Shown here piece after piece: positions 12,750 through 25,820 of a stretch of 64,000 bases of DNA. Made by a program: the position numbers and the translations under genes. The notes beneath the pieces were generated by a model. That model worked only from the letters and a program-made list of their open reading frames with translations. It did no database searches and was not told where the DNA came from. Source of the DNA: Mobula hypostoma (lineage: Eukaryota); NCBI RefSeq assembly GCF_963921235.1, contig NC_086097.1, positions 197,162,001 to 197,226,000 of the forward strand. The letters run 5' to 3'. Within the stretch, counting starts at the first letter, position 1; the number at the start of each line of letters is the position of its first letter.

Positions 12750-13175
12750 TGTAATGAGCTTTTCAGGCCTGTGCGGGGCACTAGAGAGTGTTGGGCTCCT
12801 TGGTTTTTAGAGCACCTGAATTGGTTAATTGTTGCTTAATGAAAGTCACTAATCATTTACAGTTCTTGTGGTTTTTTTTTCTTGAGCAACTTACCCTTTG
12901 CAATGCAGCCTCCTGGTTCTTACTGGTTAAGCTTGTTTATTAAGTTTGCTTTGATAGGTTTGGGGATTCTGCGTTACTTGCATTAATTAAGCAGACCCCT
13001 GATTAGTGCTAATTGCGGGGTCCTCATTTTGAGAATGTTACTTCTCGGAGTGTTGCTTGACTGAGCCACCAATGTTCTTTTGGGATTATTATGAATAATC
13101 TCTTGCCTATTTCTACATCAGAGTCTGTATTTCCTCTGTACTTGGGTTCTGATATTGCCAGTGCACGGCATGGCA
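12750..13175. mobile_element. Probable solo LTR, ~425 bp
   Basis: Begins TGTAATG, ends TGGCA; interrupts the CR1 at TTTACAA|GCACTTGGAG; TSD imperfect (AAAC/AAGC). Confidence 0.45.
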
Positions 13176-13887
13176 AGCACTTGGAGACACATAGTCTTAG
13201 CAGGAATAGTCAGCATGTGAGAGGCAAATCATGCCTCATGAGCCTAAATAAGTTTTTTTGAGGCAGTGACAAAACAATTTGATGAAGATTGAGTAAAGGG
13301 TGAGCTGTATATGGATTTTAGTAAGGTGTTTCCAATGGTCGGCTCATCCAGAAAGTCATGAGGCTTGGAATCCATGGAAACTTGGTTTTCTCATAGAAGG
13401 CAGAAGGTGATAGTTAATGCAATATATTGTACCTGGAGGTCAGTAACTACTGGCATTCTTCATGGATTAGTTCTAGGACCCCTACTCATTGTTATTTTTA
13501 TAAATGACTTGGATGAGGAAATGGAAGGGTGTGTTAGTATGTCTGAAGATTTAACAAAGGTTGGTGATGTTGTGGATAGTGTAGGTTGTAATAGGATAGA
13601 GACAGTGTAGAGCTGATCTGAGAAATGGTGGATGGATTTCAATCCAGAAAAGTGTGAAGTGATTATACTTTGGAAGATCAAACTTGAGGGCAAAATTAAT
13701 AGCAGGAGTCTTAGCAGTGTGGAAGAATAGAGATGTCTTGGGATGGAAGTCCAGAGATCTGTCAAAGTTGGTGTGCAAGTTGATAGGATGGTTAAGAAGG
13801 CACATGGTATTGTGCTTTCATTAGTCAGGGGATTGAGTTCAAGAGCTGTGAGGTAATGTTGCAGCTCTTTCTAACTCTGGTTAGACC

Positions 13888-15848
13888 ATGGGGGAAATAA
13901 CAGGCAAGGTGGACAAAGGAGAGGCAGCAGATATCATTTATTTGGAATTTCAGAAGGCATTTGATAAGATGCCATACATGAGGCTGTTTAACAAGATAAA
14001 ATTGTATGATTATTACAGGAAAGATACTAGCATGGATAGAGGAATGGCTGATGGGCAGAAGGCAGTGAGTGGGAGTAAAAGGGGCCTTTTCTGGTTGGCT
14101 ACTAGTGACTAGTGGTGTTCCTCAGGAGTCAGCATTGGGACTGCTGTTTTTAAAATTGTTTGTCAATGATTTGGATAATAGAATTGGCTTTGTGGCACAG
14201 TTTGTGGATGTCACGAAGATAGGTGGAGGGGTAGGTAGTGCTGAGGAAGCAATGTGATTGCAGCATGACAATTAGAAGAATAGGCAAAAAGTGGCAGATG
14301 GAATATAGTGTTGGGAAATGTAGGTAATGCATTTTAGCAAAAGGAATAATAATGCAGACTAGTATCTAAATGAGGAGAAAATTCAAACATCAGAGGTGCA
14401 AAGAGACTTGGGAGACCTCATGCAGGACTCCCAGAAGATTAACTTACAGGTAGTCTGTGATAAAGAAGGCAAATGCAATGTTAGTATTTATTTCATGGGG
14501 AATGGAATATAATGCTGTGTGACAACGTCCTGAATTACCCCTATGAGCTGTGCTCGATTACCCTATGAACTGTTTTTTTAAAGAAAGAGAGAGGTATTTA
14601 ACACTGACATCTTGTTTTTAAGAGAGAGAGGCAAAGACTGCTCACAGTATGTTTACATTTCCCAAGGACATTGCCTGCTTGTACATTCTTATACAGACAG
14701 AGAAGGGAGGAGTTATTTGAAAGACAGTTGGTACTCAGTTTGGTGAGATAAATAGAAGGTCAGATGATAGACCTGACACACATGGTTTTGGACACTGAAT
14801 GAGCTTTGTTGTGCCCACAGAAAATGTGGGTTTTGGAGGATTGATCAGGCGGTTGATCAGTGGCTCTCGTAGTGTGGAGAAGGTGTGACTGGTGGGGAGT
14901 TATTTGTGTGCCCAACCCTTTGTTGTGGTCACAGTCGGTGATTTTTAAAGGATTTCGGAGGACAATGGGAAGATCGATGGTGTCAGCTCACCTGAAGACT
15001 CAAATCTCTCCCTTTCTCTCTCTCCATCACTACTCAACTCAATACCATGAACCGAACTGAACTTTACTCATTATCGTAAGACTATCTATTTACCACTAGA
15101 CTTGAAGAAGCTTGGTTTTCATATATATTCCACACTTACTTATATATAATCATTGCTAACCTGTTTGATTTATCTGTATTTATATTACTGTATTGTGTAG
15201 TTACTAATATTATTAGTTAATAGCAATACCGGACTCCAAAGTGTTTTCCATCTCTGCTGGTTCTTTAACCCATCATGGGGTATGTAACACCTGAGGCTTT
15301 ATAAGATACTGGTCAGGCTGCACTTGGAGTATTGTCAACAGTTTTGTGCCCCATATTTCACGAAGATGTGTTATCATTGGAGAAATTCCAGAGGATGTTC
15401 ATGAGAATGATTCTGGGAATGAAGGGGTTAACATAGCATTTCACAGCTTTGGGCTTGTACTCACTGGAATTTAGAAGAATGCAGAGGGATCCCACTGAAA
15501 CCTACTGAACGTTGAAAAGACTAGATAAATTGGATGTGGAGAGAATGTTTTCTATGGTGGAGGTATCCAGAGCTACAGAGCACAGCTTCCAAATTGAGTG
15601 GCAACATTTTAGAGGTAAGGAGGAATTTTTTTTAGCCAGAGAGTAGTGAATCTGTGGAATGCTCTGCCACAGCCTGCGGTGGAGGCCAAGTCCGTGGGTA
15701 GTTTCCTATTGGTCAGAGCATCAAAGGATATGGCGAGAGGGCAGGTGTATGGGGTTGAGTGGGATCCAGTATCAGGTATGATGGAATGGTGGAGCAGACT
15801 TGATGGGCTGAATAGCCTAATTCTGCTCCTGTGTCTTACAGTCTTATG
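13888..15848 (+). mobile_element. Nested CR1 RT/3' fragment
   Basis: EITGKVDKGEAADIIYLEFQKAFDK and VTSGVPQ; tail TGTCTTACAGTCTTATG. Confidence 0.7.
14518..15289 (+). mobile_element. Solo LTR, ~772 bp
   Basis: TGTGACA...TGTAACA termini; flanks GCTG/CCTG; host CR1 rejoins as AATGCTGAGGCTTTATAAG; internal GATAAATAG TATA-like motif. Confidence 0.7.
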
Positions 15849-16379
15849 CAGTCTTGTGCTTATGTCCCATTGCCTCATTATAGGAATGATGTGGAAGCTT
15901 TAGTGATGGTGCAGAGGAGATTTACCGGGATTAGAAGTTATAACAGGATTAAACATGTCTAATGAGGAATAGTTTGGTGAGTGCAGGATAGAGGTGACTT
16001 GACAGATGTATTAGATTATAGCAAGCATTGCTAGAGTGAACAGCTAGCATGTTTTTCCCAGGGTAACAATGACCAATACCAGAGAACATCAATTTCAGCT
16101 GAGTGAAGGAAATTTTTTTGGGGGGGGAATGTCAGACATAGGTTTTTTACTGGGAAGTGTTAGGTGCCCGGAATGTACAACAGAGACATTTAAGAGCCTC
16201 TTAGATGAGATATGGATGTAAGAAAAAAGAAAGTTTCTGGACTTTGTAGGAGGGAAAATTTAGATTGATCATGGAGGAGCTTTATATAGGTTGGCCCAAT
16301 ATCATTGCCAAAGAGCCTGTACTGTGCAGTAGTATTCTATGTTCTAAGCAAATACATAATAAGAATAGTAAATTGAGTT

Positions 16380-18330
16380 TGGGTGGGTTCAGAGCTTCAT
16401 TTTCCTTGTGAACATCACCGATAACCTGTTCTGGTCCAATCATATTGATATCACAAACAAGAAAGTTCACCAACGCCTTTACTTCATTGGGAGGCTAAAT
16501 AAATTTGGCACATCCCCATTGACTCTTACGGATTTTTATCGATGCATCGTAGAAAGCATTCTGTCTGGATGCATTATGGCTTGCTATGGCACCTGCTCTG
16601 AACATGACTGCAAGAAACTATAGAGGGCTGTGAATGCAGCTCAGCCCATCAGAGGAACCTGCTTTCCCTCTATGGACTCTCTATACTTCTCACTACCTCA
16701 GTAAAGCAGTGTCAATAATCAAAGACCCCACCCACACTGAACATTCTTTCTTCTCCTCTCACCCATCAGGCAGAAGATACAAAAGTCTGGAAGTACATAC
16801 CATCAGGCTCAAGGACAGCTTCTATCCTGCTGTTCTCAGACTGTTGATCTATTGTATGAAAAGGTGGACTCCTGACCTTCCAAATGATCTTGTTATGACC
16901 CTGCCCTTCACTCTTTTGGTGGCTTTAAAATTTTATACTGCACTGTTTACCTTTCTAGCTCAACGCACTGTGTAATGATCAGAATCAGAATCAGGTTTAG
17001 TATCAGTGGGACACATGTTGGAAAATTTATTAACTTTACAGCAGCAGTATGATGAAATACATAACAAATAAATATAGAATAAAAAATTGAGTTACACTAA
17101 GTAGACATATAAACCAAAAACAAAAACCAATCCATTCGTTATGGCCAAGTTTTCCAGTGATCCCCATTTTCTCGATTTCTGTCGCCACATTTGTGTTGCT
17201 AGAATAATGAAATACAATTTTCATTTCTTTATTTTAATTTTATTTCTTATAGTTTCAACTTTTTTTAAACAATTTTAGTTTTTCATGACTTTAAACTATT
17301 TGAGCTGTTTTTCAATATGCCTGATGATGTGTCCCCACAAAACATTCAGTCTTTCCCACCAGAAGCCCTGGATGAATGAAGAGATCCGCAGTCTGCTGAG
17401 GGCTAGATATGTAGTGTTAAGGTCTGGTAACCAAGGAAAGTACAGAAGGTTCAGATCCAAACTTGAATCGCAAAAGGATGTACAACAGCTGTGGTATGGT
17501 TTGAATGTTATCACCTCTGACAAAGTAAATCCAAGTGACAAACGTGACGACAAGGTTTTGCTCCCAGATTGGATCAGAGGTGGACAGGGTCAGTAACTTT
17601 AAATTCATTGGAATTATAATTTCAAAGGTTCTGTCCTGGGTCTGGCACATAAGTGCTCTTACAAAAAGAGGCACTTCTTAGGAGTTTGTGAAGATTTGGT
17701 ATGTCATCTAAAACTTTGACAGATTTCTACAGATGCATAGTGGAGAGTATACTGACTGGTTGCAACACGACCTGGTATGGAAACACAAATCCTCTTGAAT
17801 GGAAATGTCCACAAAAGGTAGTGGACACAGCGCAGCTTGTCACAGGTAAAGCCCTTTCCACCATTGGGCATCGATTATCAAGGGTCTCTACCATTTCCAG
17901 GCCAAGCTCTCTTCTCGCTGCTGCCATCAGGAAGGTGGTAAGGGAGCTTTATGTCCCACATCATCAGGTTCAGGAACAATTATTATTCCTCAACCATCAG
18001 GCTCCTGATCCATGGTGGATAACTGCACTCACCCCAACACTAAGATCCCATCTGATTCTACAATGTACGGACTCACTTTCAAGGGCTCTGCAACTCCTGT
18101 TCTCAATATGTATTTATTACTTATTTATCTATGATCATTATTTTGTTTTTCTTTTTGTATGCACGTTTTATTGACTTTTGCATACTGGTTGTTTGACCAT
18201 CTCTGTGTGTAGTTTTTCATTGATTCTATACAGAATGTATTTATTGCGAATGCTCACAAGAAAATGAACCTCAGGGTAGTATATGGTGACATATATGTAC
18301 TTTGATAATAAATTTACTTTGAAGTTTGAA
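16380..18330 (+). mobile_element. Cluster of Rex1/Babar-type LINE fragments
   Basis: QRLYFIGRL, FYRCIVESIL(S/T)GC, QKPWMNEEIRSLL and RLKDSFYP motifs; more than one copy. Confidence 0.7.
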
Positions 18331-20089
18331 TTTATAACTCTGATTGGGTATTTAAAAGTAGCCCAAAGGCTTTTGACAGCACAGATGTCTACAGACATTA
18401 TGGCACTTGGGGTTGGGGAGTGACACACATCCTTTGTCAAGACACTACAACATTAATGTTCCTGACTAAAATTGAGTTACATGGAAGCTGCAACTGGGAA
18501 ATATAAGTTTTGTTTTCACAGCAAACTTCCAGGAGGGAGAGAGTCCAGGTGGATCCAAGATAATTTCACTCTCCTGACACAATGCTTTATACTTCAGTAT
18601 CAGAATCTGAATCAGGTTTAATATCACTGGCATCTGCCATGAAATTTGTTGTTTTGCAGCAGTAGTTTGCAATATATATTATAAATCAAGAAACTATAAA
18701 TTTCAGTAAGATATATATACTGTTTATAGAGATTCATTGTCCATTCAGGAATCTAATGGCAGAGCGGAACAAGCTGTTCCTGAAACATTAACTGTGTGTA
18801 TTAAGGCTCCTGTACCACCACCTTGATGGTAGCAATGAAAAGAGGGCATGTCCTGGGATACGGGGGTCCTTAATGATGGATGCTGTCTTTTTGAGGCATC
18901 ACCTTTTGAAGGTATCCTGGATGCTGGGGAGGGTAATGCCCATGTTGGAGCTGGCTGAGTTTAATACTAAGACGACAAAAAATAAGTAACTGCAGGTTCG
19001 GTTATTACAATCACCTACTTAACTTTAACATTTGGAATATAGTCAGGTAAATTAACAGAATTACATACATCCCAACTAGCACAACCAGCTTTGAATATTC
19101 AATACCGCTGTCTGTTCCAAAAGCTTCTGAGTACAACTGCAGACACCTAAAATTTACGTCATTTGTTACAGTTTAAAGGATGACTCCATGAATATACAAC
19201 CAACCAGAAGGTTAAGCATCGAAACAAATCTGTCCTGAACTGTGCTTTAAGTGGGAGACATCCTTAAAAAATTATAGCTTGTCTAATCGTAAGGAACATT
19301 CATCTATTGTCTTTTGCTGTGTAGTTTCAATGGGACAATGTCAGAATGTCCCACACCCAATGATTAGTTTCACTAGCCACAATGTATCAGATAGAAGTTA
19401 AATTGTGTGCAGGTTTTATTTCCTGAAGACTGTTTCTCATTTTAGTTAATGCATAATTATACTATCCATAATTTCATAGTCCCAGATTGATCGTTAACAT
19501 ACCAACCTCTTGGCTCCTGGACAGAGACCTGTCCCAGGAAGGCCAAACTTTAAGGAGGATCTGATTATGTAGGCAGCGAAATTGTACTTCGCTTACAATC
19601 TGCTCTCCAATTACTCACGACCATGTCACTGTGGAACTACAGTTACACCATCCATCATCGCTAACTGGCTATCTGTCAAAAGTAGCAGAGAAGGTAATAA
19701 AACATTCCAGGCATCCGATCACATCCTCTTCTTTGATACATTTGTACTGTTGATCGCAACCAACTTTTAAAATGCTTTTTTCTCATTCATAACACTTTGT
19801 GTGTTGCCTCCTTCCCTGCTAGCCACAGTGGCTAATATTACATCCTATTTTCACCCATTCAATTTTAGATAACTGAAACTACCAGACATGGCAGTTAGTA
19901 GTTACTCTGTGGGCAGGGGGCACCAGCAAGGTATAATAGCTTTGTTTCAGGTTCACAGGCAACAATTCACATTCCATGCTATGATAGGGAATTATCCATA
20001 TTATTGATGGATTCAGTAGAAAATTCTTGATTACTCTATTTCCTTACTTTTTGAAGGCCCTGACGTGGAGTTACACTCTGACTTTGGTT

Positions 20090-20775
20090 TTTTGCAGGAA
20101 TGGGACCTGCTCTCAGGGCCTCATGACCAGCCACTTTTTGATATCCCAAGGACATGGCCTGGAAGACGAGGGCACCTTCAAGGGTGCCAAATTTTCGTGG
20201 CTCTGGAGACCGGCTGATTCAAGGCCAGTGCCCATGACCGAATCATCGCGGGAGAACATGGAGCACCGGAAGCAGCAGGTTAGCTGCTGTAGGCTGTGTC
20301 CAGAGACCTGAGCCTTTCTGGGGCCGAATCTCTGGGTGTAGAGCTCAAAAAGCAATACAACAGATTTATAACATCATAAATCAGCAAGTTGTTTGTTATG
20401 TCTCCTCTCTTGCTCTGAAATGGGGACATCCCTTTTTCCCTTATTAGGGGGAGAGAGAGAGCCCGTGCTATGTTGAATTACCAGGTGAACAAGTAGTCTT
20501 TGGGGTATTGCAAGTCTGTGTCTTTATTGATGCTTTGCTGCACGCTTGAGTGCTTGGTGGGGGATGCGGATGCATTTTGCTGGCAGGGGAGGGGTAGTCA
20601 TTGCCTTGCTGCTGCTTATGCCATGGGAGGGGAAAGCTGGAGGTGGGGTGGTTTGGGGTTCTAACGTTTAACTGGCATTAATTTTTTGGGGCACTTCTGT
20701 TTTTGTGAATGTTTATGACAAAACAAATTTCAGGGTGTATATTGTATACATTTCTTTGACATTAAAAGTACCTCT
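20090..20775 (+). repeat. Dispersed non-coding repeat, copy 1 (SINE-like, Rex-type tail)
   Basis: Aligns by eye with 21745-22385; ends TTTCAGGGTGTATATTGTATACATTT...GACATTAAA. Confidence 0.7.
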
Positions 20776-21744
20776 GAAACCAAGCTCAGAGACCCGCTCA
20801 GAGAATTAAGATGGGCACGTTGCTGTCTGGAGACATGCATAGAACGTAGGCCATTTAGAATAAAAAAGAGTTTTGAACTATAAAATATAAAAATAATTAA
20901 TTGATAATTAGTTGGAGAAGGACACATTTTGTTAAGTTAAAAGAAATGCAACCCATTAACTTTAATAGTAATTTAAACATTGGAAGTATTTTAAACAGGA
21001 GATATCTTAATTACAGTGTAGAAACATTAACAGAAGAGAAGTTTATTGTTCTGGAAATAAAAGTGAATCAGGGAAATGAAGCTGCTGTCAAATGTGGGAT
21101 TAAAATGGAGTGAAGAATTTAAACAAATACGTGATGAATTAGGTGCCAAGTAAGAGGCAACCAAGTCTTTTCAAATTAAAGCCCGACCTAAATTGTAAAA
21201 TGGAGTGTGCTTGATTTGTGAACAAGGCATACTGAGTTTTGAAAAAATAATGATCCTTTGTTAATAGAGGAAATTTTAAAAAAACCATTGGGTTTATTCA
21301 TTTCTCAGGGAAAATGTTTCCATAATCACTTATAATATTTAAAAACACATTTTGTATCTGTCAATAATGGAGTTGTTTTGTGCCTTGTGTTGAGAACCAG
21401 TGGCTGCCCTTCCTCATCCATTAGCCATCATTCTTCAGTAAGGACCGAATAATTAGTCAGGTGACATTTGAAACAGATGGCCCAAGATATCAGACTCCTT
21501 CTGTCTTTCTTATATCCAGGCTGAGGGAAGCACTACTGAACACATTGCCTCATCCATTTCAGGAGCATGTTTCACCAAGTGACCTACTGTCTCTTACCAA
21601 TGGTGCCACATGACTTACCTAGATTACTGTGAACAATGAACATTTTGCTTGGTCTTAAAGTCAGTTATGAAACTGCATCTGTTGGAAATTGGAAATAAGA
21701 GCAGAGGAGCATTTCTTGCTTTAATGGTTACTTGGTATGCCAAG

Positions 21745-22385
21745 GGCATGGTCTAGAAGACTAGTGCTCCTTTATGGTGCCAGATTTTTGTGGCTCTGGG
21801 GGTGGGCCGATTCAAGGCTGGTGCCGCCGACTGATGCATTGCAGAACACAAGGGATCGGAAGCAGTGGGCTCCCTGCTAACTATGTGTCGGAAGCAGTGG
21901 GCTCCCTGCTAACTATGTGCCCAGAGATGTGAGCTCTTGGGGCAAAGGGCTTGGTAAAAGCGATGCACCAGACATTTAACGCCATAAATCAGCCAGTTGT
22001 TTTGTTATGTCTTCCCTCTCACTGTGAAACAGGGACACCTCTTTTCCTTTATTAGGGAGACAGAGCCTGTGGTATGTCGAATTACCATTGAATGAGTAGA
22101 CTTTGGGGTATTGCAAGTCTGTGTCTTGATTGATGCTTTGCTGCATGCTTGAGTGCTTGGTGGGGGGGACGCCAAAGCTTTTTTGCTGGCAGGGGAGGGG
22201 GGGGTTCATTGTCTTGATGCTGCTTGTGCGTGGGAGGGGGGAGCTGGAGGGGGGCTTTGGAGTTCTAACATTTAACTGTCCATTCTTTGGTGCATTCCTT
22301 TGTTTTCATGGATGTTTGTGAAGAAAAAGAATTTCAGGATGTATATTGTATACATTTTCTCTGACATTAAATGTACCTATTGAAA
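21745..22385 (+). repeat. Dispersed non-coding repeat, copy 2, with internal 32-bp tandem duplication
   Basis: TCGGAAGCAGTGGGCTCCCTGCTAACTATGTG twice at 21856-21919. Confidence 0.7.
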
Positions 22386-22739
22386 CCTAGAGACCTCGGC
22401 TCTTGGCTCCCAGTCAAACCCTACACAATCCCTTCTACACTTCCTGCTCTCTGTCTCTGCACTGACTCTTCCCTTTCCCACTGGCATTTGGAACAGAGAG
22501 AAAGTGCACATGAGGGTTGAAATAGTTACAAATGTCATCACATGTTAAAAAATAGAAGAAAGAGAGAATTCACTCAATCTCATTACTGAAATCAGAATTT
22601 TAATGTTATGATTACTAGAATAAAGAGAGGGCAGTGAGGACAATGCAAGAAGTCCTGTGTGCTTAACTGAGATGACACCTGGAACATTGGGTTTAGAATT
22701 GAACTCTCATCATCATGGCTCCGTCTGTCTAAGTAGACA

Positions 22740-23003
22740 ATGGATGCACCCATCCAAGGCGCAGACCTGGGCAATGAATATGGAGATCCTGGGCTGCCCA
22801 GACATCAAGATCCCCCTCTCGGCCTTGCAGATGTGGTCCGAAGGAATGCGAAGCAGTACATTTGGCATCAGCTTGGCTGCAGGAGCTGCCGGGAGGTGAT
22901 GTGATATGTCATCCAACTGCCTTAGGGGCTCCACTCCGGATTTGTGTAGGGTTTACTCCTTAGCCTTCTCTTCTCCCGAAGATACCCACAAGGCAGTGGG
23001 ATC
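22740..23003 (-). mobile_element. RTE-related 5' region or RTE-derived SINE fragment
   Basis: Minus strand GGGAGAAGAGAAGGCTAAGGAGTAAACCCTACACAAATCCGGAGTGGAG resembles vertebrate RTE 5' regions (recalled, not searched). Confidence 0.4.
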
Positions 23004-23704
23004 TGTAACCCTGGATTGGGGCCAGCTTGATAAGGTAGAAGGTTAAGATAAATATGGGTATAAACTAAGAACAATGATTTACTAATGATCAATTACCTTA
23101 TGAGTACCTTATGTCACTGTTGGACAAGTGAGAAAGAAACCCTACCCAACAACAGGTGACGTACTAGACATTGTTCTCTGAAAATGCTAGATAAAGGTTC
23201 AAATAAGGAATTATTTTGAAGCACAACTAAATATGGGTATAGAATGATTGAAGGGACATCTTGAGGTATAACTAAATATGGGAAGGATGGCATAGGGAAC
23301 AGAACGTTCTAGAGAAAGGGGAAGGTGTCCACATAAGGAACTGATGGGCCAGCTTCGGTAGAAAATAATTATAACTCACCAATGATGATTTTGTATCCAA
23401 TAGTATCTTAGCATGTGATCGAAACTATTCTAAAACTGTCTTAACTTGTGTAATTGTAAGATTTCCTGTGTACGTGATGATCAATGTTATAAATTGTGAA
23501 GAATTGTGATTTGGGGGAGTGTAGTGTCCGGACCAGCTCTTTGGGAGATCAGTCTGGAACTTTCCCATAGCGTGCTATGAATAAAGAGTAAAGTTTAAGA
23601 AAGTATTGCTTGTTTTATTGTGTTTGTCGTACTTGCGTTCTTGCTTTGGGTCGATCCACGTTGACAAGCTGAGCCCTGGACTCGTGTAAGGCAGGGTTGT
23701 CACA
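23004..23704 (+). mobile_element. Probable solo LTR, ~700 bp
   Basis: TGTAACCCT...AGGGTTGTCACA termini; TATAAA ~23488 and AATAAA ~23580 in U3-R order; no clear TSD. Confidence 0.55.
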
Positions 23705-24188
23705 CCCTGTAGTAGTGACATATGGAGCCACTACCCACTACCCTTTAGAACTCTGCACTTCAGGAAGGAAGGTACCCACTTGAGTTTGTGAAAATGAAAG
23801 GCAACCTTAATGAAATGGATAAAATTCAGAGAACAAATGCTGAGAAAATGTCTCCATTGGTTATACTGTATAGAACCAAGGAGTATATGTGTTCAAAGGA
23901 TAAATGTCAATTAATTAGAATAAAATGAGAAGAAATATTTTTTCCTTGAGAGTGTGAAAGCTGGGAATTTCTCATTCCAGAGCGTTGTGAATATTTCAGA
24001 TATTGACCTGTATTTACATTTTTTGGTAATTAAGAAGTCAAGGGATTTCAGGATCAGAGAGGTCTTGAATTAAATAAGGCCATAAGATACAGAATTAGGC
24101 TGTTTGGCCCTTTGAACCTGCCCTGCCATTCAATCATAGCTGATCCTGTTCTCCCCTCCTCAGCTCCACTCCCTGGCCTTCTCCCCTA

Positions 24189-24276
24189 ATTCATCCCCTC
24201 AAAATGCTCCCCTAATACAGCAATAGATAATCATTTATCTATTATTGTATTAGGGGAGCAGTTTGAGGGGATGAAT
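24189..24276. repeat. Inverted repeat: 42-bp arms with 4-nt loop
   Basis: ATTCATCCCCTCAAAATGCTCCCCTAATACAGCAATAGATAA-TCAT-TTATCTATTATTGTATTAGGGGAGCAGTTTGAGGGGATGAAT; 39 of 42 positions Watson-Crick. Confidence 0.92.
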
Positions 24277-25169
24277 GTCCTCTTTCCACTCCTATTTCTT
24301 GCATTTTTAAGTGCTTGAAGCTCAGTTGCAATAGGCATATAAAATTAGTTGGCAAAACATTGACAACTATTGTTTACTAGATAGGAGAAAATTTTGGTTT
24401 GCCTATTGTCTTTCATTTCCTCTGAAAGTGCTCACCACCACCTCAAGTAAAGCTTCTATCCCACTGTAATAAAAAAAATTGAATGGATCTCTTCTACGAT
24501 GAGATTGGCTCTTGACCACACAATCTACCTTGTTGTGGCCTTGCACTTTATTGATTGCCTGCACTGCACTTTCTCTGTAACTGCAACACTGTATTCTGCA
24601 ATGGTTTTGACTTTTCCCTTGTACTAATGTGATCTAGCAATTTGATGAAATGATTTGTGTGGATGTCATACTAAACGTTTTTCGCTGTACCTCACAACAT
24701 GTGACAATGATAAACCAATTTACCAAATATATGATTACTTGCAGCACCCTGTATACCACATAAATACATACATGTGCTGTGCGTAGAATTCAAATCCTAT
24801 CAAGTTTTGAATCGTATAGAAAATCAGGAGGCTTGAGAAGCATTAAGGGGAAGATCTGTGAAACTGAGAGATTAAATAATGAAAAGGGGGTGGTGCAATG
24901 CAACGGGGATGATAATGCGTCAAGAAATAACGCTTGGGAACAGTTGAATCATTATTTAAAAATTCTCCTCAATGTGCATAGATTTTCTCCTTTCCATCAC
25001 AGTCCAAATCATATTTTAACCCAGAACACAAACGTCCTCATGGTCATTTTGCCCTTTTTTACGGTATTAGGAGCAAGTCAACGGTATTTTAGTAGGGTGT
25101 TTTCTGGTTAACTCAATGTAAAGCCAGAGGGACTGGAAAGGAAATGCATCTAATCCTCGAACAGCATCA

Positions 25170-25820
25170 AATCATTGCAACGTACAGTAAGTCCTCTATC
25201 AATATATATAGACTTTTCCCGCCTGGACTCAACATCTTTTTCTGTGATTTAAAGGAACGATTTTTGCAGTTGCCTTCCCTCCCCGTTACGTTGACAGCGG
25301 CGGCCGAGGGCCGCAGCTGATCACCCGAAGACGTCATCACTGCTTTGACATTGACGCGTTTCATGTGGGGCGGAGACAGAGAGAATCTGGCGAGCCCGCC
25401 GTGCGCGAGCTTGACCTACAACGTCAGCCTTTCTCCGAACCTTGCGGCTGAACGCGATATTGAACGACAGGTGTACGCGCGAGACTGGTCGAGCACGAGC
25501 CGGTGGAGTCCGAATGTGATGGCATGAGCCTGCGGACCAATTAAAATCATTCGCAACAAAAGGACAACGACTTCCTTACTCGCGCATCGGGTTACTTCCC
25601 AGTCAAACTTCTGGTAGCGGTTGCGTACCTCTCTCTCGTCGGCTTTCCCTGCTGCCGGAGGGTATTGTGTTTAATTCATGTACTGTGAAGCAATTAATGT
25701 GGAAAAGAACGGTGTACGTTAACGGGAGGCATCAGAGGATTATTCATGTTAGATATGCAACGTTACGCGACTGAGGTCGCGAAAATGTTGGAAATCTCAG
25801 AGGGTTTTTGTTACTGACGT
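25170..25820 (+). promoter_or_regulatory. CpG island, probable TRAPPC9 promoter and non-coding first exon
   Basis: Only non-repeat CpG-dense tract in the window, ~6 kb upstream of the first coding exon; CRE-like GACGTCA 25330-25336, GC box GGGGCGGAG 25367-25375, CCAAT 25537-25541. Confidence 0.7.

Larger units (their letters stand above)
11590..16345 (+). mobile_element. Highly degenerate CR1 ORF2 (APE end to 3' tail) with multiple nested insertions
   Basis: GSDHNS, KGNRDNPESYRSV and LVLGPLL..FINDLD remnants; interrupted at ~12750-13175 and ~13888-15848. Confidence 0.65.

Noticed and set aside
25167..25527. Short ORFs in the CpG island as a divergent gene (e.g. CHRAC1 exon 1)
   Set aside because: No histone-fold or other recognisable motif; short ORFs are expected in GC-rich DNA.
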